From the NCBI GenBank assembly GCA_963825595.1, contig CAWGUE010000017.1, positions 18,779 to 82,778 of the forward strand: a DNA stretch of 64,000 bases. Reading direction: 5' to 3'. The position numbers were made by a program, and so were the translations under genes. Every line of letters begins with the position of its first letter. Positions within the stretch are counted from its first letter, which is position 1. The notes below the pieces were generated by a model, which was not told the origin of the DNA, made no database searches, and saw nothing but the letters and a program-made list of their open reading frames with translations. Below are positions 58,395 to 64,000 of this stretch, piece by piece. The DNA is from an uncultured delta proteobacterium. GTDB lineage: Bacteria > Desulfobacterota > Desulfobacteria > Desulfobacterales > SG8-13.

Positions 58395-58595
58395 CGTAAT
58401 GAGCTGCCAATTCAGGAATGGTCGATGCTGTCCGGCGAGTCCTCTGCTGTCAGCCTCACGTAGCCATGCTACGCCTGCGGTCAAAACCGCTTGTGTGGCA
58501 TTGCCGAGGGAAAAAATTACTCATTTACGAATCGGACACTTACACATGTGCCCATCGATTTTTTCAAAAATCGTGGATGGGCACTAATTATGAAA
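58395..58595 (+). repeat. R2 element, full copy
   Basis: Internal hairpin CGTAGC-CAT-GCTACG (58459-58473). AAAAAATTACTCATTTACGAATCGGACACTT. Terminal nested hairpin GTGCCCATCGATTTTTTCAAAAATCGTGGATGGGCAC. Confidence 0.7.
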
Positions 58596-58631
58596 AGCGG
58601 TATAAATGGCCGGATGTATTTATCGGAGTCG

Positions 58632-58680
58632 GAAACAGGATATGCCGGAGTGTCAGCGTTCCTCCCCTTAAGAAGGGTGT
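58632..58680 (+). repeat. R1 element, short partial copy
   Basis: GATATGCCGGAGTGTCAGCGTTCCTCCCCTTAAGAAGGG aligns with 48008-48046. Confidence 0.55.
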
Positions 58681-58913
58681 ACGGACCGGAGTCAAGGGTT
58701 ACATGCGTTCGGAAACATAGGTAACACATTTGAGCGTTCATTGTTCTTTTACATTTAGCTGAGCAATCTTTTGATTGCAAAAATAGACATCCAAGAGGCC
58801 GTCGATTGATATTTGACTTAAACCGGACAAATCATTTAAAATATTGGGCAGGAAATCAGAGAGGAACGAGGCGTGTTTTTTCCTTTAAATGCGAACAGGA
58901 GGAGGAGGGAAGG

Positions 58914-60227
58914 ATGAGAAAGGGCTTAAGACTGTTTGGGGCAATCGGTCTATCGTGCCTGCTGACCGTGGCGGCATCCCCGCTGTACGCCGGCGGCATC
59001 ATCAACAAACAAAACCAGAGCGCGGACTACATGCGCACGCTCAACCGCAGCGCGGCAACGGATTATCCCGACATTGCCGTCTACAACCCCGCCGGCATCA
59101 TGAAAATGGAAAACGGCGCCTATGGCAAGATCGACGCGATGTACTTCAGCAAGGACTACTCCAACGACGTCCCCGGTTTCGGCAAACTCAGCTCGGACAA
59201 GCCCTCGGTCATACCGGGCGCTTTCGCCCTCTATAAACAAGACCGCTGGGCCGGATTTTTCGCCTTCACCGTACCCGCCGGCGGCGGGGAACTCGATTAC
59301 AAGGACGGTGACGCCCGCACCGTGGCCCTGGCCGAGGGGGTTGCCGCTAATGCAAACTTTCAGTTAGGGAACGCCGGCGTTCCTTCCACGTTTTTTTACA
59401 ACCAGATCGATGCCATGGAGCTTCAGGTCAAGCAGAGCACCGTGCTCGGCTTCACCCTCGGCGGCTCCTTCGCCCTCAACGATATGTGGTCCTTTGCCGC
59501 CGGTTTGCGCTACGCCACCGGTACGCGCGAGTTTGACGGTGGCGCCACCATCAGCGCAGCCACCTCGGCCCCCTCACCCCCGTTTCCTGCGGGCGTAAAC
59601 GACCCCCTCGCTCCGAGCCTGCGGCTCGAGGAGGACGCCAGCGGGTGGGCCGGCATCCTGGGCGTCAATTTCGCCTGGGAGGACCTCAACGCGGCTGTCA
59701 CATTCATCTCAAATACCAAGATGGATTACAAGATGAACGTGCGGCGCGACACCCTCGGCATTGCCCCGGCCCTGGGCTTTGCGGACGGCTCGCGCCGGCG
59801 GATCGACATCCCGGGCCTGCTCGGCTTCGGCGTCTCCTACAGGTTCCTGCCCCAGTTGAAGGTGGATGTCAACTACGTCCTCTACCTCGAATCGAGCGCG
59901 AGCATCGACACGTACGAAGACGAAGGCAACAGCTGGGATCTCGGCCTGACGGCCGAATACATGTTCTCGCCCAAGTGGAAGGCCAGCCTCGGCTACCTGT
60001 ACACGGACATCAAGGTGGACGACAACCAGCAGATCAACGAACCGGAAGAGCCGAAACTGGGCGCCAACACCATTGGTCTCGGTGCCGTCTTCAGCCCCAC
60101 CCCGGCCTGGGACATCACCTTCGGCGGTGCTTACGTCATGTACAATTCCGTAACCGACAGCATGGGCATCGAATACGACAAAAAGGTGTGGAACCTGTCG
60201 GCCGGTGTGACTTGGAAGTTTTTCTAG
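58914..60227 (+). CDS. FadL/OmpP1/TodX-type outer-membrane transport protein
   Basis: ATG at 58914 after AGGAGGAGGAGGG. Signal ending PLYAGG. N-terminal hatch-like segment. C-terminal AGVTWKFF. Confidence 0.65.
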   Translation: MRKGLRLFGAIGLSCLLTVAASPLYAGGIINKQNQSADYMRTLNRSAATDYPDIAVYNPAGIMKMENGAYGKIDAMYFSKDYSNDVPGFGKLSSDKPSVIPGAFALYKQDRWAGFFAFTVPAGGGELDYKDGDARTVALAEGVAANANFQLGNAGVPSTFFYNQIDAMELQVKQSTVLGFTLGGSFALNDMWSFAAGLRYATGTREFDGGATISAATSAPSPPFPAGVNDPLAPSLRLEEDASGWAGILGVNFAWEDLNAAVTFISNTKMDYKMNVRRDTLGIAPALGFADGSRRRIDIPGLLGFGVSYRFLPQLKVDVNYVLYLESSASIDTYEDEGNSWDLGLTAEYMFSPKWKASLGYLYTDIKVDDNQQINEPEEPKLGANTIGLGAVFSPTPAWDITFGGAYVMYNSVTDSMGIEYDKKVWNLSAGVTWKFF

Positions 60228-60310
60228 GATAAAATTTTGGGAGAAAAACGCCCAAAATTTTATGTGACTACATATAAAAACCCCCTGGAGAAAAAATCTC
60301 CAGGGGGTTT

Positions 60311-62237
60311 TTATATAATGCGACTGAAGGCCTTCTCCAAATCCCGGCCCGTCCACTGCACCCACGTCGGTCTCCCATGGGGGCAGTGGGAGGGATTTTC
60401 GCAGGCATCCAGCTGCTGGAGCAGCCGCCGGATCTGCCGGTCATCGAGGGCCTGGCGGGCCCGGATCGACCCGTGGCAGGCCATGAGCTTCAGACAGACG
60501 TCGATGGACGGGTCCAACCCGCGGTTAAACCCGTCGGTGGCCAGTTTTTCCACGATCTCGCGGATCAGCGGTTCGATCGCCCGCCCGGTCAGCATGGCAG
60601 GAACCGCCCGCACGACGAACGTGTTGGTACCGAAGGGCTCGATCTCGAGCCCGAGGGTTTTGAACTCGGCCAGCAACTCTTCCAGAATACCGGCTTCCCG
60701 GAACCCCAATTCGATCGTCTCCGGAACCAGCAGCCGCTGGGCCTCCTTTTTCAAGGCCGCGGAGCGCTTCTTGAGCTGCTCGTAAAGCACGCGCTCGTGG
60801 GCGGCATGCTGATCGAGAAGAAGCAATCCCCCGCCGGTTTCGCAAACGATGTAGGCGTTGCCCAGCTGCCCGATGATCCTTAAATTACCGAAGCGAATTT
60901 CCGCCAGGAAAATCTGCGGTTCACCCCGGCTACCGGACAAATATTTCCAGGGCTCGCGCTCGTCATCCGCTTTATGACGGGCGGATGTTTTCCCTCCATC
61001 CCGGCCGCTGAAAATTGTCGGCAGGCCATCGATCGGCGTCGCGACCATGTATATCACCAACCCGCCTTTGACCTTTCCCCTTTTCCCTTTCAGCTTTCAG
61101 CTTTGAGCTTTCAGCTTCACCCTTTGAGCTTTGACCTTTCAGCTTTGAGCTTTGAGTTTCATAACCGGTTCCCAGATTTTCGGAAATACGCGGTATTGCC
61201 TGTGAAGGCTCAGGCGGCGTGAAATCCGCCCCTTTCCACATCGGCCGGTCCTCTCGGTCGAGGGTTTCCGCTACCGCGGTCTGCACCAGGTCGTGAACGA
61301 GGCGTTGCTGCGCAAAACGGACCTCGTGCTTGGTCGGATGAACGTTGACGTCCACCTCGCCGCTGGGAAGGGTGACAAAAAGGGCGGCCAACGGAAAGCG
61401 GCCTTTAACCAACCGCTGCCGATAACCCGCAAACAGAGCATGTTGAATGACCCGGTCGCGCACAAACCGACCGTTGACATAATTGAAAACCCCGCGCGAG
61501 GTGCTGCGGAATACCCGCGGAGAAGACACCCAACCATCGACGCTGACCGCATCGGCCTGCCGGCCGACCGGATAGAGTTCGGCGCGCAGGTCGGTCCCCA
61601 ACACCTCGGCCACCCGGTCAAGCCGATCGGCAGCCGGCGGCCAGCTCTTCAGGGTTTTGCCGTTGTGCACCAGCCGGAAAAAGACTTCCGGTCGTCCCAG
61701 GGCGATGCTGTTGGCAACATCGGCAATGTGACCCATCTCGGTGGTGACGGTTTTCATAAATTTGCGGCGCGCCGGGGTGTTGAAAAAAAGGCTCTCGACC
61801 GTCACCATCGTGCCCGGCGGCGCACCGGTGTCCGCGACTTTCAGAATCTTTCCTCCCGCCACGCGAATCTCGGTACCGGCGGCGGCTTCCGACTCGCGGG
61901 TGACAAGGGTCAAGCGGGACACCGCCGCGATGCTCGGCAGGGCCTCACCCCTGAACCCGAGGCTTTGAATCGAATACAGATCGGCATCCGTGAAGATCTT
62001 GCTCGTGGCGTAGCGTTCAAGGGCCAGCAGGGCGTCGTCGCGGTTCATGCCGCTGCCGTTGTCGGATACCCGGATCAGACTGCGGCCCCCTTTTTCCGCC
62101 TCCACAACGATCTTGGTGCTTCCCGCATCCAGGGCGTTTTCCACCAATTCCTTGACCACCGAAGCCGGCCGCTCGACCACTTCTCCGGCAGCAATCTTGT
62201 TGGAAATGATTTCAGGGAGGATTCTTATTTTGGACAT
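60311..62237 (-). pseudogene. mutL: DNA mismatch repair endonuclease MutL, reading frame broken inside a heptad array in the linker
   Basis: ORF 60972..62237 holds the GHKL ATPase (ELVENALDAG, DNGSGM, GFRGEAL) and transducer. ORF 60311..61060 holds the C-terminal domain (DQHAAHERVLYE, ACHGSIRA, CPHGRP). The frames differ by 1 nt. The upstream TGA of the C-terminal frame is at 61097-61099, within the array. Confidence 0.9.
61064..61161. repeat. heptanucleotide array inside mutL, 14 units (AGCTTTG/AGCTTTC/CCCTTTC/ACCTTTC)
   Basis: GCCTTTG ACCTTTC CCCTTTT CCCTTTC AGCTTTC AGCTTTG AGCTTTC AGCTTCA CCCTTTG AGCTTTG ACCTTTC AGCTTTG AGCTTTG AGTTTCA = 98 nt. Confidence 0.95.
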
Positions 62238-62314
62238 GATTAGGTTGTGTTTTGTGTTTGGTGTTTAGTTTTTTGTGTTTGGTGTTTGGTGTTTAGTGTT
62301 TTGTGTTTTGTGTT
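62238..62314. repeat. heptanucleotide array, GTGTTTG type, 11 units
   Basis: It starts at the base next to the mutL ATG (62235-62237) and contains the last 25 codons and stop of the four-helix-bundle ORF. Confidence 0.95.
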
Positions 62315-62668
62315 TCCGATGGCATTCAGATAGGCATTGAGGGAAGGGGCGAGTTCATCAAGGATGCCTTTGACTGTACTTATTTTTGTGTCGTCGAAAA
62401 GACTTCTATTATACGCTCTTCGCAACCAATAGCGCGTCTCATGCAAGGACCCGCGTGCGATTCTTACGAAACGCTTGTTATCAGCCGGTGTGCCTCTACC
62501 CGCGCCCTCCGCTATATTGGCGCCGACACTGTCTGCAGATCCAACGAGTTGTTTGCCGACCGTATCTTTTTCGAAGTGGTTCCATTTTTTTACCACATCC
62601 CAAATCTCATCGGCCAATCTTTCAGCCAGCTGGAACACCCGTAACTCTTCAAACCGCACAAATCCCAT
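62240..62668 (-). CDS. four-helix-bundle protein (23S rRNA intervening-sequence protein / Avd-like family)
   Basis: FEELRVFQLAERLADEIW, SADSVGANIAEGAGR, ARGSLHETRYWLRRA family motifs. The C-terminal tail GNTKHKTLNTKHQTQKTKHQTQNTT is translated array. GAGGGGG RBS. Confidence 0.85.
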   Translation of the reverse strand: MGFVRFEELRVFQLAERLADEIWDVVKKWNHFEKDTVGKQLVGSADSVGANIAEGAGRGTPADNKRFVRIARGSLHETRYWLRRAYNRSLFDDTKISTVKGILDELAPSLNAYLNAIGNTKHKTLNTKHQTQKTKHQTQNTT

Positions 62669-62681
62669 CAGCCCCCTCTAT

Positions 62682-62737
62682 CCAAACACTCTATACCAAA
62701 TACCAAACACAAAACACTAAACACCAGACACTAATCT
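62682..62737. repeat. heptanucleotide array, CAAACAC orientation, 8 units
   Basis: CCAAACA CTCTATA CCAAATA CCAAACA CAAAACA CTAAACA CCAGACA CTAATCT. Inverted relative to 62238-62314. It ends at the stop codon of the 62738..62920 ORF. Confidence 0.9.
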
Positions 62738-62920
62738 CTAAATCTTCTCATCTTTAACAAACCGCTGCAAAAACTCCGTCTCCAAAGGTGAGAGGTCGAA
62801 TTTGCGGCTGGCGTCTTCGAGCAATTTCTGCAGCGGGAGGGTTGGGCTGTGCTGGCGTTCTTCGGTGATCCACTTGACGGCTTTTCTGATATCTTCGCTG
62901 TCAGGCTGTATTGTCGTCAT
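62738..62920 (-). CDS. small hypothetical protein (60 aa)
   Basis: MTTIQPDSEDIRKAVKWITEERQH... after AAAGGAAAAG. The tracked longer ORF to 63043 has no support. Confidence 0.4.
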   Translation of the reverse strand: MTTIQPDSEDIRKAVKWITEERQHSPTLPLQKLLEDASRKFDLSPLETEFLQRFVKDEKI

Positions 62921-62944
62921 ATTATCTTTTCCTTTCCACATATG

Positions 62945-62977
62945 AATTTGCTTCTGACGCAATGTCAGAAGCAAATT
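62945..62977. promoter_or_regulatory. 14-bp perfect inverted repeat, candidate operator
   Basis: AATTTGCTTCTGAC-GCAAT-GTCAGAAGCAAATT. It lies 25-57 nt upstream of the ATG at 62920, with no T-run on either side. Confidence 0.45.
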
Positions 62978-63241
62978 GAAATGTACTTGGATTTTGCACG
63001 AGTCGGAGAGTTTCATCTGCAAGGCATTTAAGGGTGCAGCCATAGTAAACCTATTGCAAACCCTTAATAACGCCGCAGATGGAAGCCTCCGACTCGCCCG
63101 CAGGGTGAAAATTTAAAAAATCAAAATGGTTTCCATCATTTTTGCTGATAGCATATCTGAAATTCTTTCTTAAAAAATCATCCGGCCTGCTGAAACTATT
63201 GTTAATATACATTACTTTTAAATTTTCATGCAAATTTCAAG

Positions 63242-64000
63242 TTAAAGTTGGGGCTTCTTATTGTGAAACGTCGTCGCCTGCTCAAAACCGTAGGCGACCT
63301 GGAGCAATCGTTCTTCGTCAAAGTGTTTGCCCAGAATCTGCAGGCCGATCGGCAAACCGTCGGAAGAAAAACCGCAGGGCACGGAGATTCCCGGTATGCC
63401 GGCCAGGTTCGCAGACAGGGTGAAGATGTCCGAAAGATACATGGTCAGCGGGTCATTTACTTTCTCTCCGATTCTGAATGCCGGGGTCGGTGCCACCGGC
63501 GTCAAAATGACGTCACACTGCTCGAATGCCCTCTTGAAATCTTCCATGATCAGCGTCCGCACCTGGGAGGCCTTACCGAAGTATGCATCGTAGTATCCGG
63601 CCGACAGGCAGTAGGTTCCGATAATGATGCGCCGCTGCACTTCGGGACCGAAACCCTTCGAGCGGGTACGGCGATACATGTCGATAAGATCCGATGAATC
63701 TTTGTCCCGGTAGCCGTATTTGACGCCGTCGTAACGCGCCAGATTGGAGCTCGCTTCTGACGGTGCAATCACGTAGTAGACGGCCACGACATAGCGGGTG
63801 TTGGGCAGGGAAACGGGCACCCGTTCGGCGCCCAGGGATTCGATGGTCCGGGTGGCCTCTTCTACGGCTGCGGAGACTTCGGGGTCGAGGCCTTCCATGC
63901 CGTAGTATTCCTTAGGAATTCCCACCTTCAAACCCTTCAGGCTTTGACCGAGGGAAGCGGCATAATCCGGAACGTCTCGTGGCACAGACGTGGAGTCGTC
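63242..64000 (-). CDS. gatA: Asp-tRNA(Asn)/Glu-tRNA(Gln) amidotransferase subunit A, 5' end outside window
   Basis: C-terminal amidase region [52 protein letters not shown]. Confidence 0.9.
   Translation of the reverse strand, partial: DDSTSVPRDVPDYAASLGQSLKGLKVGIPKEYYGMEGLDPEVSAAVEEATRTIESLGAERVPVSLPNTRYVVAVYYVIAPSEASSNLARYDGVKYGYRDKDSSDLIDMYRRTRSKGFGPEVQRRIIIGTYCLSAGYYDAYFGKASQVRTLIMEDFKRAFEQCDVILTPVAPTPAFRIGEKVNDPLTMYLSDIFTLSANLAGIPGISVPCGFSSDGLPIGLQILGKHFDEERLLQVAYGFEQATTFHNKKPQL

Noticed and set aside
63051-63233. 60-aa minus-strand ORF just downstream of gatA
   Set aside because: It lies in an AT-rich spacer, with no RBS and no recognisable sequence. Probably non-coding.

Overview
Moderately GC-rich chromosomal window. 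GC was not computed, and the Desulfobacterota/deltaproteobacterial look of the proteins is inference only.

Gene content, left to right:
1. A decayed mmsA, acyl-CoA genes (SDR, SCP-x-type thiolase, MaoC hydratase) and a full PHA locus (phaZ, phaR, two phasin-like paralogs, phaC, phaE). These are followed by mce, an aminotransferase, an Nfu-like gene, tgt and queA.
2. A signalling/export block: a membrane HAMP-PP2C phosphatase, a radical SAM/SPASM enzyme, an ABC exporter with a roughly 250-aa insertion inside its ATPase domain, a cNMP-binding protein, an RsbW-like kinase and a STAS antagonist.
3. A 12-kb minus-strand operon (36303 down to 24139) that I cannot assign to any described system. It encodes a short FtsX permease, a MacB/LolD-type ATPase and a 1669-aa secreted PA/M28-like pseudo-peptidase fused to an FtsX permease. 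These are followed by two polytopic OPT-like membrane proteins, a 305-aa unknown and a PqqD-like protein.
4. A glycan-modification cluster: four glycosyltransferases, a histidine phosphatase, a NodU/CmcH carbamoyltransferase and a GSCFA protein, plus a DUF4143 ATPase and two paralogous lipoproteins.
5. gatB, a decayed island (vapBC remnant, ISL3 remnant, FG-GAP pseudogene, IS3 element), two outer-membrane barrel genes, mutL, a four-helix-bundle gene and gatA.

Three repeat systems are superimposed:
- Heptanucleotide tandem arrays (GTGTTTG / GGGTTAC / AGCTTTG types). They often occur as inverted pairs bounding small cassettes and often directly abut start codons.
- A GC-palindrome family (core CCCCCTTTG.CAAAGGGGG), at least 7 copies, all right of 37.9 kb.
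- A hairpin-bearing intergenic element of about 70-200 nt, 6 copies.

The most striking single observation is that mutL is split by a frameshift exactly inside a 14-unit heptad array in its linker. No rRNA, tRNA or CRISPR array was recognised.
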